NCBI GenBank assembly: GCA_020341815.1
Contig: CP070837.1
Location: forward strand, 692,211-756,210
Direction: 5' to 3'
DNA length: 64,000 nt
DNA from: Candidatus Omnitrophota bacterium
Lineage (GTDB): Bacteria; Omnitrophota; Gorgyraeia; JAFGHF01
Position numbers and translations under genes: made by a program
Shown here: in pieces, positions 9,387 to 20,011 of the stretch
How the letters are laid out: each line of letters begins with the position of its first letter
Numbering within the stretch: position 1 is the stretch's first letter
Notes under the pieces: generated by a model
Told to the model about the DNA's origin: nothing
Seen by the model: only the letters and a program-made list of their open reading frames with translations
The model's database searches: none

Positions 9387-10433
9387 TTAAAAAATATAAT
9401 TGCCGAAAAACCAGCCCACTGTACTTCCTAAGATAATTATCGTAACCACGTAACAGAGGGCCTTTTTAACCCCAAAGACACGGGCAATCGCCAGCCAATT
9501 GGGCAGGCTTATGCCCGGCCCTGTCAGAAGAAGAGCCAGAGACGGCCCCTTGCCCATGCCCAGCTTCATCAATGTATCCACAAAAGGCGCCTCGGTCATA
9601 GTGGCAAAATAGCTTATCGCCCCCAGCATTGTAGCCAGAAAGGAAGCCGAAAGGCTGTTACCTCCCAGCCACCTTCTTATCCAGTCCTCAGGCAGAATTT
9701 TACCAATGATGCCAACGATAAAAACGCCCAATAACAGCAAAGGAAAGATTATCCTGACAAACCAGAAGGTCTGCCTCATCCAGTCTTTTAGCTCTTGTTT
9801 TGACTTTACCTTCAGGGCATAGGCGAGCATAATCAACGTAGCCAGACCCCAGACAAAAACCTTATGCAAATAAGGGCCCTTCCTTATAACATAGTTCGGC
9901 AAAAGCAAGCTGGCCAGAATCAATAGAATAAGGATGATGTCTTTTGCGGCGATGATTTTTCCTCCTGCTGTCTCCTGATTCTCTTCAATCCGTTTTTGTT
10001 CGCTCCTGCGAAAGACAGTGCTCATTATTATCCCAACCACAAAGGCCATAAGCAAGGCCGAAATTATTCTTGCGGTGACCATGCCATAGCCCAAAATTGC
10101 CCCGGTATATAAAAGGGCCAGGATATTTGAGGCCGGGGCAACCCATAACAGGATAAAGGCAGGGCCGATGCCGCTTCCTCTATAATAGAGGCCACTGGCA
10201 ACGGGGATAACCGTGCAGGAGCAGGCAGCCAGAAAGAAGCTGCCCAGGGCGGCTAAGCTGAATGACTTTATCTTATTTGCCGTATAACCCAGATGCCTGA
10301 TTATGGCCTCTTTGGATATAAAAGACACCATTGCCCCGGCCAGGAGAAACGCCGGCACAAGGCACGTTACCACATGCTCTATGATGTATTCTTTTACCGA
10401 TAAAAAACCTGCAATAATCAGCTCTGTTATCAT
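9387..10433 (-). CDS. ArsP/DUF318-like permease
   Basis: HVVTCLVPAF, CSCTVIP, YFATMTEAP, GPGISLP; real start is the ATG at 10433 because the longer ORF overlaps the tRNA. Confidence 0.85.
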   Translation of the reverse strand: MITELIIAGFLSVKEYIIEHVVTCLVPAFLLAGAMVSFISKEAIIRHLGYTANKIKSFSLAALGSFFLAACSCTVIPVASGLYYRGSGIGPAFILLWVAPASNILALLYTGAILGYGMVTARIISALLMAFVVGIIMSTVFRRSEQKRIEENQETAGGKIIAAKDIILILLILASLLLPNYVIRKGPYLHKVFVWGLATLIMLAYALKVKSKQELKDWMRQTFWFVRIIFPLLLLGVFIVGIIGKILPEDWIRRWLGGNSLSASFLATMLGAISYFATMTEAPFVDTLMKLGMGKGPSLALLLTGPGISLPNWLAIARVFGVKKALCYVVTIIILGSTVGWFFGNYIF

Positions 10434-10445
10434 TTTATATTTTAC

Positions 10446-10534
10446 TGGTGCCGGAGGTGGGAGTCGAACCCACACGGGGTTTAAGCCCCACTGGATTTTG
10501 AGTCCAGCGCGTCTGCCAATTTCACCACTCCGGC
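10446..10534 (-). tRNA. tRNA-Leu(CAA)
   Basis: GCCGGAG...CTGGA-CTCAAAA-TCCAG, long variable arm, GGTTCGACTCC, CCA. Confidence 0.96.
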
Positions 10535-10618
10535 TTAATGAGCACTGAATTTACGAAACACAAGGTGTTTTGTAAATTCATCCTCTTTAGTTTTTCTTCT
10601 TTAGTTTGTGTAAATTAA

Positions 10619-10674
10619 TCCCGATAGCAATGAGAAAATTTATTTATAAATTTTGAAATGTTTTGCTATCGGGA
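10619..10674. repeat. 56-bp palindromic element, family C copy 1
   Basis: TCCCGATAGCAA...AAAATTTA-ttta-TAAATTTT...TTGCTATCGGGA; homologous to 13640-13695. Confidence 0.85.
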
Positions 10675-10686
10675 TAAACTCACAAC

Positions 10687-11661
10687 TTACGATTCCGTTT
10701 CTTTTTCTTCTTCGAACACGCCTATTTTTCGGAACTTTTTATATCTTTCTTCCAGGAGCTCCTCTTTTGACAGAGACAATAGCTGCTGTAAATATTTTTT
10801 AATCGCCGACTTGATATTCTTAGCACAACCCTCCGGGTCGCGATGCGCCCCGCCTAAAGGCTCTTTAATAACCTCCTCCACCACTCCCATCTTAAATAAA
10901 TCACGGGCCGTAAGCTTTAAGGCATCCGCAGCCTCGGGCGCGCGGGCCCTATCCCTCCAGAGAATAGCAGCGCAGCCTTCGGGAGAAATAACCGAATAAT
11001 AGGCATTTTCCAGTATACAAACCTTATCCCCTATGCCGATACCTAAGGCACCGCCGCTTCCTCCCTCACCGATAACAAAAGCGATTATCGGCACTGCAAT
11101 TGCCGTCATCTCTCTTAAGTTAAGGGCAATACTCTGCGCCTGTCCTCTTTCTTCAGCGCCTATACCGGGATAGGCCCCCGGGGTATCGATAAATATCACG
11201 ATAGGGATATTGAATTTTTCCGCCAGCTGCATCGCCTTCAGGGCCTTCCTGTATCCTTCAGGATGCGCGCATCCGAAATTGCGCAGCAAGTTTTCCTTGG
11301 TGTCTCTGCCCTTCTGATGCCCGATAACCACAACCTTCTGCCCGTTAAGTCTGGCCAGACCCGTAATCATCGCTTTATCATCGGCAAAAAGCCTGTCGCC
11401 GTGCAGCTCTATAAAATCTTTCATAATTAGATCTATATAATCTAATGTATAGGGCCTCTGGGGATGGCGGGCAATCTGCACCCTTTGCCAGGCAGTTAAA
11501 TTTTCGAAAATCTCGCGTTTTAACTTCTCCAGCCTTTGCGTCAGGTGCTTTATCTCCGAGGAAAGGTCTATCTTTTCGGTCTCGGTAAGACCTTTGAGCT
11601 CTTCGATCTTGCGCTCAAGTTCCAGGATGGGCTTCTCAAAATCCAATCCGCTTGCCTTCAA
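10687..11661 (-). CDS. accA: acetyl-CoA carboxylase carboxyltransferase alpha subunit
   Basis: [39 protein letters not shown]. Confidence 0.97.
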   Translation of the reverse strand: MKASGLDFEKPILELERKIEELKGLTETEKIDLSSEIKHLTQRLEKLKREIFENLTAWQRVQIARHPQRPYTLDYIDLIMKDFIELHGDRLFADDKAMITGLARLNGQKVVVIGHQKGRDTKENLLRNFGCAHPEGYRKALKAMQLAEKFNIPIVIFIDTPGAYPGIGAEERGQAQSIALNLREMTAIAVPIIAFVIGEGGSGGALGIGIGDKVCILENAYYSVISPEGCAAILWRDRARAPEAADALKLTARDLFKMGVVEEVIKEPLGGAHRDPEGCAKNIKSAIKKYLQQLLSLSKEELLEERYKKFRKIGVFEEEKETES

Positions 11662-11673
11662 AGGAATTTCACC

Positions 11674-12597
11674 TCAATCTACAATAATTACTTCGGTTTC
11701 TCTGGGCAAAATAGTAAATAACTCTTCCACTTCGTTATTCAACATTCTAACACAGCCGTTGGTGACCTGGCTTCCTAAGTCCTCTTCGGTTGCGCCGCCG
11801 TGAATGCCGTATTCCGGCTCGGAAAGCCCCAGCCATCTTGTGCCCAGAATGTTTTCCGGGGTGTTCGGCGGAATTATCCCCTCCCCGTCTTTATACCAGG
11901 GCGGATTTTTTAATTTTTCTACAATTTTAAAAGCCCCTTCGGGGGTGCAATCATATTTTCCCGTAGCCACCGGATAAACTTTAAAGATTTCCTCATCCGC
12001 CTTCAAGGCAAGGGAACTCTGCGACTTATCGACGATTACGCTGTATTTAGCAGTGGAAACCTTCAGGCGCTTTCCCGGCCTGATCAGATGATTGTCTAAG
12101 CTATTGCTGCGCATAATCAAATCTACCGTCGTATTATATTTAGCGGCGATTTTGGCCAGGGTATCGCCCGGCTCCACTTTATAAAGGATATCTCTCTCTG
12201 TCACAATGGGAGAAAACAGGACTTTTATATTCAGCGTCCAGAGTTTATTTTCCACGTCGGAAATCTGTTCAAAACTGGGAAAATTGACAATAATCTCATT
12301 GTAAGCGGCTTTTGCCTCCTGCCAAAGACTTTCTCCTTCGTAAATCTCTGCCAATTTATACAAAGCCTCTGCGGCCTTGGGGCTGCGGGGAAACTTTTTC
12401 ACTAACTCCTGATAGAGCTTAACGGCCTTGGTTGTCTGGTTCTTGGACTGCCAGGACAAAGCAGTGCGATAAAGGGAATCGGCCTGGGGCACAGGCTGCT
12501 TGCTTCTTTTGCCCTTGCCGACCTGACCCACAATGCAAACTATTATCAAGCATCCTGTCAAACCAATTACTCCTGAGAATAATAATTTTTTATTCAC
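11674..12597 (-). CDS. L,D-transpeptidase with TPR and LysM domains
   Basis: TM anchor, TPR, YKVEPGDTLAKIA (LysM), YGIHG...TNGCVRM (YkuD); GTG start after AAGGAGG. Confidence 0.9.
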   Translation of the reverse strand: MNKKLLFSGVIGLTGCLIIVCIVGQVGKGKRSKQPVPQADSLYRTALSWQSKNQTTKAVKLYQELVKKFPRSPKAAEALYKLAEIYEGESLWQEAKAAYNEIIVNFPSFEQISDVENKLWTLNIKVLFSPIVTERDILYKVEPGDTLAKIAAKYNTTVDLIMRSNSLDNHLIRPGKRLKVSTAKYSVIVDKSQSSLALKADEEIFKVYPVATGKYDCTPEGAFKIVEKLKNPPWYKDGEGIIPPNTPENILGTRWLGLSEPEYGIHGGATEEDLGSQVTNGCVRMLNNEVEELFTILPRETEVIIVD

Positions 12598-12613
12598 CTT
12601 TACCTCCTTCTTT

Positions 12614-13060
12614 TTATATGAAGATAATTGCAACCAAAATCCCGATTATGGCTCCGATAAAAACTTCAATAGGTGTATGCCCCAGAAACTCTCTAAGACT
12701 TTCCTCTTTCAATTTCTTCTTCCAATAGATATCATCTAAAATCATATTTAAAATTTCCGCCTGCTCCCCCACCGACCTTCTGAAGCCCTGGGCATCCATC
12801 ATAATTATCCAGGCAAAAACCAGAGTTACCGCAAAAACGGGAGACGTCACTCCGAATCTTAAGCCGATTGCGCCAGCCAAAGCCGAAACCGTTGCTGCGT
12901 GTGAGCTGGGCATCCCCCCTGTATCTACAAACCACCTGAAATTAAATCTTTTTTCGGTGATTACGCCTAAAAACACCTTGGCGCTCTGGGCAATGAACCA
13001 GGCCACCAATACGGTAACGAACACCTCATTTTGAAATACCTGTCTAAAGAAATTTATCAT
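12614..13060 (-). CDS. divergent PAP2 family protein (DUF212/YuiD)
   Basis: TGGMPSSH, MDAQGFRR, LGHTPIEV. Confidence 0.92.
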   Translation of the reverse strand: MINFFRQVFQNEVFVTVLVAWFIAQSAKVFLGVITEKRFNFRWFVDTGGMPSSHAATVSALAGAIGLRFGVTSPVFAVTLVFAWIIMMDAQGFRRSVGEQAEILNMILDDIYWKKKLKEESLREFLGHTPIEVFIGAIIGILVAIIFI

Positions 13061-13072
13061 TTATGCTGTCTT

Positions 13073-13570
13073 TTATCGATCCTTATAGGAAAGTTTACCA
13101 ACGGGCTCAAGCTCTACTCTTATCCTTGGCTTAAAAGTCGAATGACTGTGCTTTACGAGATAACCCTTGTTTCCCTTTCGCAGGGCTAATTCATCTTCTG
13201 TGCGCAGCATTGCGACCTTTGCCGAACGCCTTTGCAGCTTTTCTCTTAATCTAACGGCCTTAATTGCCTTTTTTAACTCCTTCAGAGAGAGAAACTTCTC
13301 TTCAAGGATGCCCTTTTCCTTAATGAGCCCGGCAATTTTGGCCTGCAGTTGGTCTCTTTCTTCTTTGAGCGCCTGAAGCTGGCTTCTAAAGCCTGAATTG
13401 TCCTTTTCTAAAAAGGCAATGGTTGTATTTAATTTTTCTAACTTTGCGGATGTCTCTTCAAGTGTCTTGTCAAAATAGCGGCTCAATTTTTGATGCCGAT
13501 AATAAAAAGCAAAGCTTAAGGATAAACTCGCCAGGAGTACCGCTAAATAAAGCATGCGTAGTATCTTCAT
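13073..13570 (-). CDS. hypothetical membrane-anchored coiled-coil protein
   Basis: N-terminal TM then heptads; AAGGAGGT SD. Confidence 0.75.
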   Translation of the reverse strand: MKILRMLYLAVLLASLSLSFAFYYRHQKLSRYFDKTLEETSAKLEKLNTTIAFLEKDNSGFRSQLQALKEERDQLQAKIAGLIKEKGILEEKFLSLKELKKAIKAVRLREKLQRRSAKVAMLRTEDELALRKGNKGYLVKHSHSTFKPRIRVELEPVGKLSYKDR

Positions 13571-13639
13571 GCTTCACCTCCTTTAAATGAGCACTTAACT
13601 TATGCAACCAAAGGAAGCGTAAGTTAATGTGCGAATTTA

Positions 13640-13695
13640 TCCCGATAGCTGCAAGAAAATTTAGAATAAATTTTCGTAGCGTTTTGCTATCGGGG
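13640..13695. repeat. 56-bp palindromic element, family C copy 2
   Basis: TCCCGATAGC...AAAATTTA-gaa-TAAATTTT...GCTATCGGGG; same length as copy 1. Confidence 0.85.
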
Positions 13696-13737
13696 TGTTC
13701 TTTTATTATAATAGACAATTACTCAAAAGGCAAGGTG

Positions 13738-15126
13738 TTATTTTCCAATACAAAATTGAGAAAAGATACGCTCCAGGATATCCTCACAATGTATCTTGCC
13801 GATTATCTCGCCTAAAAACGATTGCGCCTCTTTTATGTAGAGAGCAATAATCTCTGCCCCCTGGCTCATCTTTATTGCTTTAACTGCCCGCCGCAGAGAA
13901 AGATGCGCCTTCTTTAAGGCCTGCCGATGCCTGATGTTGGTAACCAAAAGTTCATCTCCTGAGGGCGCCTCCCCCCGCCAGAGGTATGCGGCTATTTCTC
14001 TTTGTAAGTTCTTCAAGCCTCTGCCGCGAAGGGCGGAGACTTTTATAACCTTTCTGCCCCTTGAGACCCTGCTTAACTCATCCGCCTCTATCTTCTGAGG
14101 CAAATCCTGTTTATTCAAAACTACAAAAGCGCATCTTTCTGAAATATATCGAGATATCTTCAAGTCTTCGGCCTCCAGCTTACGGCTGGCATCTAAAACC
14201 AGAAGGATAAGGTCTGCCTCTTTTAACGCCTTTCGGCTCCTTTTTACCGCTTCTGTTTCCGCTAAATTGCTCCCCTCGACAATTCCTGCGGTATCGATTA
14301 GGCGCAAAGGAATACCGGAAATATCAACTGTCTCCTCAAGGACATCCCTCGTTGTTCCGGGCAGAGGAGTAACAATGGCCCTGTCCTTTTTTAAGAGGGC
14401 ATTCAAAAGGCTGGATTTGCCCACATTGGGCCTGCCGCAGATAACACAGCTTATCCCCTCACGCAAAATTGTCCCTCTATCTGCGCTATCCAGAAGTTCT
14501 TTTATCTGACAGGAGGCCTTTTTTGCTTTTTTCAATATTTTTTCTAAAGACTTAGGCTCTATATCCTGATCGGCGAAATCTATAGAGGCCTCAAGTTGTG
14601 TCGATATCTCAAGAAGGCTCCTGCGCAAGCTGCCTATTTTTCTGGAAAGCCTCCCTTCTAGCTGCCCTAAGGCGGCATTTAGCGCCTGGGGGGTTTGGGA
14701 ATTAATCACATCCAAAATTGCCTCAGCCTGAGTTAAATCAATGCGCCCGGCCAGATACGCACGTCTGGTAAACTCACCCCGCCCGCTCAAGCGCACACCC
14801 AAACTCAATACCAGTTCCAGTATTTTTCTTAAGACAACGATGCCGCTGTGGCAATTAATCTCTACGATATCCTCTTTGGTATATGTCCTGGGCGCGCGCA
14901 TAACATTGAGCAAAACCTCATCGATACGCTCTTTGCCATTTTTAATCCATCCGTAATAGAGCCTGTGCGTGGCCAGCTGCGAAGGACGCTTGCCGTTGGA
15001 GCCGATAAAAATCTTATCCGCTATTGAAACGGCTTTCTTGCCGCTTAGACGCACTATGCCAATTCCGCTTTTACCCAGCGGCGTAGATATTGCCGCTATG
15101 GTGTCATCTAGATATAACTTTTCCAT
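13738..15126 (-). CDS. mnmE: tRNA modification GTPase MnmE
   Basis: DTIAAIST, GRPNVGKSS, PGTTRD, DTAG, C-terminal FCIGK. Confidence 0.97.
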   Translation of the reverse strand: MEKLYLDDTIAAISTPLGKSGIGIVRLSGKKAVSIADKIFIGSNGKRPSQLATHRLYYGWIKNGKERIDEVLLNVMRAPRTYTKEDIVEINCHSGIVVLRKILELVLSLGVRLSGRGEFTRRAYLAGRIDLTQAEAILDVINSQTPQALNAALGQLEGRLSRKIGSLRRSLLEISTQLEASIDFADQDIEPKSLEKILKKAKKASCQIKELLDSADRGTILREGISCVICGRPNVGKSSLLNALLKKDRAIVTPLPGTTRDVLEETVDISGIPLRLIDTAGIVEGSNLAETEAVKRSRKALKEADLILLVLDASRKLEAEDLKISRYISERCAFVVLNKQDLPQKIEADELSRVSRGRKVIKVSALRGRGLKNLQREIAAYLWRGEAPSGDELLVTNIRHRQALKKAHLSLRRAVKAIKMSQGAEIIALYIKEAQSFLGEIIGKIHCEDILERIFSQFCIGK

Positions 15127-16433
15127 TGTCTTTCCTTCTCAAAAAGCTCCCCCAGTAAAAATAGCGAACCGCATACCAGTATTAAATCCTTCTCCCTTGT
15201 GTCCTCTCTGGCAATTTTGAGGGCCTGGATTGAATTTTCGCACAAAGTAACAGGTCTTTTTATCGGCATGAATGCCCTAGCTGCCTCGGGGTCCATAGCG
15301 CGGGGATTGGCAGCCTTAGTTAAAATTATCTTATTGGCTAAAGGCACAAGCTCTTTTAAAATTCCCCGCACATCCTTATCCTGACAAACCCCAAAAACTA
15401 AAATCAGATTGCGAAATCTAAAGGATTTAATCAGGGCCTCTTTCAAGGCAAAGGCAGATGCCTGATTATGCGCGCCATCAAAGACAACTGTGGGCTTACG
15501 GGAAACTATCTGCAGCCTCCCTGCCCAAGAGGCCTTTTTTAAGCCCCTGGCAATTGCCCCGTGAGAAATCTCAACATCGAAGTATGCTAAAGCTTCAATG
15601 CAGCCAATGGCAACAGCCGCATTGATAAGCTGATGCTCTCCCAAAAGTCTTATCTTTAATTCCGGATATTCACCAAATATCCCTTCAATATCAAAGGATT
15701 GCCCGTAAAGGCTTGAACGCTTTTCTTTAATCCGGATATCTTTGCCTACCTCAAACAATTTTGCCGCTTGAGCCTTCGCTCTTTTTCTAATAACCTCAAG
15801 CGCCTCTTTGCGCTGCGGCGCGCAAATTACAATCTGACTCTTTGTTTTGATAATCCCTGCTTTTTCTGCGGCTATCTCTCTCAATGTAGCGCCTAAGACA
15901 CGGGTGTGCTCATAACTAATGGGGGTTATAGCACAAACCAAAGAAGAGACTGTATTGGTCGCGTCCAATCTTCCCCCCAGACCGGTCTCCAGGACCGCAA
16001 AATCAACCTTGGCCTGCTTAAAATATAAAAAGGCGCAAGCGGTGAGAATCTCATAATAGCTAAGCCTGCCCAATTCTGTCTCTCTTAATTTTTCGGCATA
16101 AGGTTTTATCTTTTCTATCAACCTGGCGAAATCTTTTTTTGTAATTTTCTCCCCAATCCTGATTCTTTCCCGCACATCTATCAAATGCGGAGAAGTATAA
16201 AGCCCGACTTTAAATCCGGCCTCTCTTAAAATACTTGCTATAAAGGCGCAAGCAGAACCCTTCCCCTTTGTCCCGGCAATATGGATAGTCCGCAAAGAGC
16301 TTTGCGGATTGCCTAAAAGATGCAAGAACTCCTTCACTCTTCTTAATTTAAAAGAGGATTTATAAGGATAAGAATTGAGTCGCTCATAATTAATGAAGGA
16401 ATTAAGATAGGCTTGCGCCTTGAGGTAGGTCAT
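15108..16433 (-). CDS. folC: folylpolyglutamate/dihydrofolate synthase
   Basis: HIAGTKGKGS, YTSPHL, ETGLGGRLDATN, DGAHN. Confidence 0.96.
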   Translation of the reverse strand: MTYLKAQAYLNSFINYERLNSYPYKSSFKLRRVKEFLHLLGNPQSSLRTIHIAGTKGKGSACAFIASILREAGFKVGLYTSPHLIDVRERIRIGEKITKKDFARLIEKIKPYAEKLRETELGRLSYYEILTACAFLYFKQAKVDFAVLETGLGGRLDATNTVSSLVCAITPISYEHTRVLGATLREIAAEKAGIIKTKSQIVICAPQRKEALEVIRKRAKAQAAKLFEVGKDIRIKEKRSSLYGQSFDIEGIFGEYPELKIRLLGEHQLINAAVAIGCIEALAYFDVEISHGAIARGLKKASWAGRLQIVSRKPTVVFDGAHNQASAFALKEALIKSFRFRNLILVFGVCQDKDVRGILKELVPLANKIILTKAANPRAMDPEAARAFMPIKRPVTLCENSIQALKIAREDTREKDLILVCGSLFLLGELFEKERQWKSYI

Positions 16434-17625
16434 GTTTTATAAAATAATTCATCAGCTGCCAGCCCTGAGGGAAACTTAACTTGCTTTCGGCAGCTGCGGA
16501 TTCATTAAATTCACAAATCTTGTCCTTCGCTACTGCCTCACCGCATAAAGCAAAAAATATTGGTTCTGAGGTATGCGTTCTCATAGGAATGGGAGTATAA
16601 TGATCCGGTAGCACCATAATTCTAAAAGGCTCTTTATGCTCTTCAAAATGTTTTAATATTTGTCCCACTATCTGACTGTCAAACCTTTCGATCGCCGTTA
16701 TCTTGGCCCTTAAGTCCCCGTTATGACCAGCCTCGTCCGGCGCCTCCACATGAATAAAGATGAAATCTTTATTCTCCAGCGAATCTATTCCGTATTTTCC
16801 CTTGGCCAGATAATCGGTATCGTAATATCCGGTGGCGCCGGGCACATCAATAGGCTCAAGGCCGATTATCCTGCCTATACCTTTAATCAGGTCCACTGCC
16901 GAAATAACCGAACCGTTAACTCCGTATAATTTTTTAAACGGGGGCATAGCGGGGCGCCTCCCCTGTCCCCAAAGCCAGATTGAGTTAGCGGGATGCTCCT
17001 TCAGGTCAATGCGCACTTTATTTATCTCGTGTTCCTCCAGAAAGCCCTGCGCCCGCTGCATTAAATCAATCAAAAACTTGGCATTTCTTCCGCGGGGAAG
17101 GTTTCTGGATAAGCTTTGGCCGACGATATTGTGCGGAGGGACGCATTTAAGTTTTAATAAAGAAGGTTTTAAATCCTTTACAACCATTAAATGTCGATAG
17201 CTTACGCCCGGATAAAATCTTACTCCCACTTCTTCCAGATGCTTATCCAGGTCTTTAATTAAAATGTGCGCCTCTTTATTATTGATGTGGCCGCTGCTAT
17301 AGTCCAGCATCTTATCCTCCCCTGTAGTAACAAGATTGCAGCGAAAAGCCACCTCGTCTTTTGCCAGGTCTATCCCCATATTTGCTGCCTCTAACGGACC
17401 GCGCCCGGTATAGAATTTTGTCGGGTCATAACCTAATATAGAAAGATTGGCTACATCGCTGGCGGGAGCCATTCTTTCAGGGATTGTCTTTGCCCAGCCG
17501 ACCTGGCCATTGCGGGCAATATAATCCATATTCGGGGTTTTTGCCGCTTCCAGAGGGGTCTTACCCTGTAATTGCTCCAGAGGATAATCGGCCATCCCAT
17601 CGCCTACTAAAACTATATATTTCAT
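16402..17625 (-). CDS. apgM: cofactor-independent phosphoglycerate mutase, ApgM family (threonine-operon type)
   Basis: VGDGMAD, SDVANLS, GRGPLEAA, HVEAPDEAGHNG, PDHYTP; start ATG at 17625. Confidence 0.88.
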   Translation of the reverse strand: MKYIVLVGDGMADYPLEQLQGKTPLEAAKTPNMDYIARNGQVGWAKTIPERMAPASDVANLSILGYDPTKFYTGRGPLEAANMGIDLAKDEVAFRCNLVTTGEDKMLDYSSGHINNKEAHILIKDLDKHLEEVGVRFYPGVSYRHLMVVKDLKPSLLKLKCVPPHNIVGQSLSRNLPRGRNAKFLIDLMQRAQGFLEEHEINKVRIDLKEHPANSIWLWGQGRRPAMPPFKKLYGVNGSVISAVDLIKGIGRIIGLEPIDVPGATGYYDTDYLAKGKYGIDSLENKDFIFIHVEAPDEAGHNGDLRAKITAIERFDSQIVGQILKHFEEHKEPFRIMVLPDHYTPIPMRTHTSEPIFFALCGEAVAKDKICEFNESAAAESKLSFPQGWQLMNYFIKHDLPQGASLS

Positions 17626-17635
17626 AACAACCTCT

Positions 17636-18703
17636 CTAAAAGCCAATCTCTTTTACTATTCTTTTTAAATTGGCTGGTAAAACTTTAGGTTTCTCTATAA
17701 TCGCTATTGCCCGGTCGGGGTCTTTGAGGCCATGGCCGGTCAATATACAAACCACTCTTATTGTCTTTTGTTTTGTTTTTTTAAAGAACCCCTGTTTAGC
17801 CATTTTGAATAAGCCGGCAACAGAGGCCGCAGATGCCGGCTCCGCAAATATGCCCTCCTCTGCCGCTAAAAATTTATAAGCGGAAATAATTTCCTTATCC
17901 GTAACCATATCGATCAGGCCACCTGATTCATCGCGCGCGGCTTCTGCGCTCTTCCAGCTGGCGGGATTGCCGATTTTTATAGCCGTGGCTATTGTTTTGG
18001 GGTCTTTGATTATCTTTTTACGCACAATAGGCGCGGCCCCCTCGGCCTGAAACCCGCACATCTTAGGCAAGTTTTTAATCTTGCCTGCTTTTTTATATTC
18101 TTTATAGCCCTTCCAATAAGCGGTGATATTTCCGGCATTGCCCACGGGAATAAAATGATAATCGGGCGCCTCTTTCAGAACATCGCAGATTTCAAAGGCC
18201 CCTGTCTTCTGGCCTTCAATCCTGTAGGGATTTATTGAATTAACCAGGGTAATGGGATATTTTTCCGTAATCTGGCGCACCAAATTCAGGCACTCGTCGA
18301 AATTTCCTTTGATGGCGATGACTTTGGCTCCGTGAATTAAGGCCTGGGCCAATTTTCCCAGAGCAATGGCCCCTTCCGGGATAAGAACAACGCACTTCAT
18401 CCTGGCAGAGCTGGCATAGGCAGCAGCAGAAGCAGAGGTATTGCCTGTTGAAGCGCAAATTACTGCCCGGGCGCCCTCTTCTTTTGCCTTGGATACGGCC
18501 AGGGTCATGCCTCTATCTTTAAAAGAACCGGTAGGATTTAAGCCCTCATATTTAAGATAGACCTCTGCATTACTTCCCACATGCTCGCTTAATGACTTAG
18601 CCAAAAGAAGGGGAGTATCGGCTTCCTGTAAGGTAATTATCGGGGTATTTTTTGTAACAGGCAGGTAGCTTTTATATCTTTCGATTACACCCTGATAGCT
18701 CAT
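17636..18703 (-). CDS. thrC: threonine synthase
   Basis: [33 protein letters not shown]. Confidence 0.96.
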   Translation of the reverse strand: MSYQGVIERYKSYLPVTKNTPIITLQEADTPLLLAKSLSEHVGSNAEVYLKYEGLNPTGSFKDRGMTLAVSKAKEEGARAVICASTGNTSASAAAYASSARMKCVVLIPEGAIALGKLAQALIHGAKVIAIKGNFDECLNLVRQITEKYPITLVNSINPYRIEGQKTGAFEICDVLKEAPDYHFIPVGNAGNITAYWKGYKEYKKAGKIKNLPKMCGFQAEGAAPIVRKKIIKDPKTIATAIKIGNPASWKSAEAARDESGGLIDMVTDKEIISAYKFLAAEEGIFAEPASAASVAGLFKMAKQGFFKKTKQKTIRVVCILTGHGLKDPDRAIAIIEKPKVLPANLKRIVKEIGF

Positions 18704-18705
18704 CT

Positions 18706-20001
18706 TTATAATGCTTCCACTCTCAATGCCACGGTTTTTCTTCTGATGCTTTCCAGACGGTCTATCTTGCGCAGAGCCAGGCGCAGAGAGCGCTCACTGG
18801 CTTCGTGGGTCATCATTACGATAGGGACAATCCTGGCCCATTTTCTTTCTTTCTGGGAGACGCTGGAAATACTAATTTTATGCTGTCCCAAAATCCCGGA
18901 AATCTTGGCCAGAACCCCAGGGCGGTCAATGGCCATAAAACGTATGTAATAGCGGGATGCGATTTCTTCAATCTTGCGAATGCGGCGGATATTAATCCTG
19001 TAAACCAATTGAGGTTTAGCCGAAGGCACCTCTTGCTTCAAGGCATAAGCTAAATCGGCGATATCGCCTATTACGGCGCTGGCGGTAGGGAATCTACCTG
19101 CCCCTTCACCATAGAAGACCTGTTCGCCGACCAAGTCTCCGCTTACATAAATGGCATTATAGATACCGTTGACTGAAGATAAAAGGTGTTCCCTGGGAAT
19201 TAAGGTCGGCTGAACCCTCAACTCCAATTCACCCGCCTCACATTTGGCGATAGCCAAAAGCTTAATTGTATATCCGGATTCCTGGGCATAACGAATATCA
19301 TTTAAAGAAACATCAGTAATGCCTTCTATATAGACTTTTTCCAGAGGCACCCATCGGCCGAATCCTAATGCTGCAAGGATTACCAGCTTGTGTGCAGAAT
19401 CTATTCCTTTGAGGTCTAAAGAGGGTCTTTTCTCCGCATAGCCCTTCTGATGAGCGACTTTTAGCGCCCGGCGAAAATCCCAATTCTCCTGAGCCATCTG
19501 CGATAGAATATAATTAGAGGTGCCGTTTACGATTCCGTATATCTTCTGCAGGCGATTGGAAATCAAGCTCTCGCGCAAGGACTTGATTATGGGAATGCCC
19601 CCGCCGACGCTTGCCTCAAAGTATACGCGCACATTATTCCTTCTGGCCTCCTCAAATATCTCTTCTGCGCATTCGGCTAAAAGCGCCTTGTTGGCGGTTA
19701 CCACATGTTTCTTATTCCTCAAAGCTTGAATAATAAACTCTTTGGCCGGATGTATCCCTCCAATCAATTCTACGACAATCTTTATCTGCGGGTCGTCTAA
19801 AATCTGCCTTATATCCCTGGTCAACAGAGAGGGATTTACCTGGACAATTCTCCTGCGCCGCAAATTGGTATCGCAAATCTTCTTCAGGTGGATTCTTATG
19901 CCTAATTTTTTCTTCAAAAGGTTGCCGCGGCTTTTCAAGACTTTCACTACACCGCTGCCAACGGTGCCGAAACCGACTAAGCCAATATCTATCCTCTGCA
20001 T
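18706..20001 (-). CDS. hom: homoserine dehydrogenase with ACT domain
   Basis: [37 protein letters not shown]. Confidence 0.96.
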   Translation of the reverse strand: MQRIDIGLVGFGTVGSGVVKVLKSRGNLLKKKLGIRIHLKKICDTNLRRRRIVQVNPSLLTRDIRQILDDPQIKIVVELIGGIHPAKEFIIQALRNKKHVVTANKALLAECAEEIFEEARRNNVRVYFEASVGGGIPIIKSLRESLISNRLQKIYGIVNGTSNYILSQMAQENWDFRRALKVAHQKGYAEKRPSLDLKGIDSAHKLVILAALGFGRWVPLEKVYIEGITDVSLNDIRYAQESGYTIKLLAIAKCEAGELELRVQPTLIPREHLLSSVNGIYNAIYVSGDLVGEQVFYGEGAGRFPTASAVIGDIADLAYALKQEVPSAKPQLVYRINIRRIRKIEEIASRYYIRFMAIDRPGVLAKISGILGQHKISISSVSQKERKWARIVPIVMMTHEASERSLRLALRKIDRLESIRRKTVALRVEAL

Positions 20002-20011
20002 TTTTCTCCCT

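Noticed and set aside
10434-10475. N-terminal extension of the permease ORF (also the PilZ ORF extension at 20390-20461)
   Set aside because: Both extensions run into tRNA genes; the internal ATGs were used
8959-10534. Integrated prophage or genomic island at the tRNAs
   Set aside because: No integrase or phage genes; the only att-like repeat is 7 bp and spans just 80 nt
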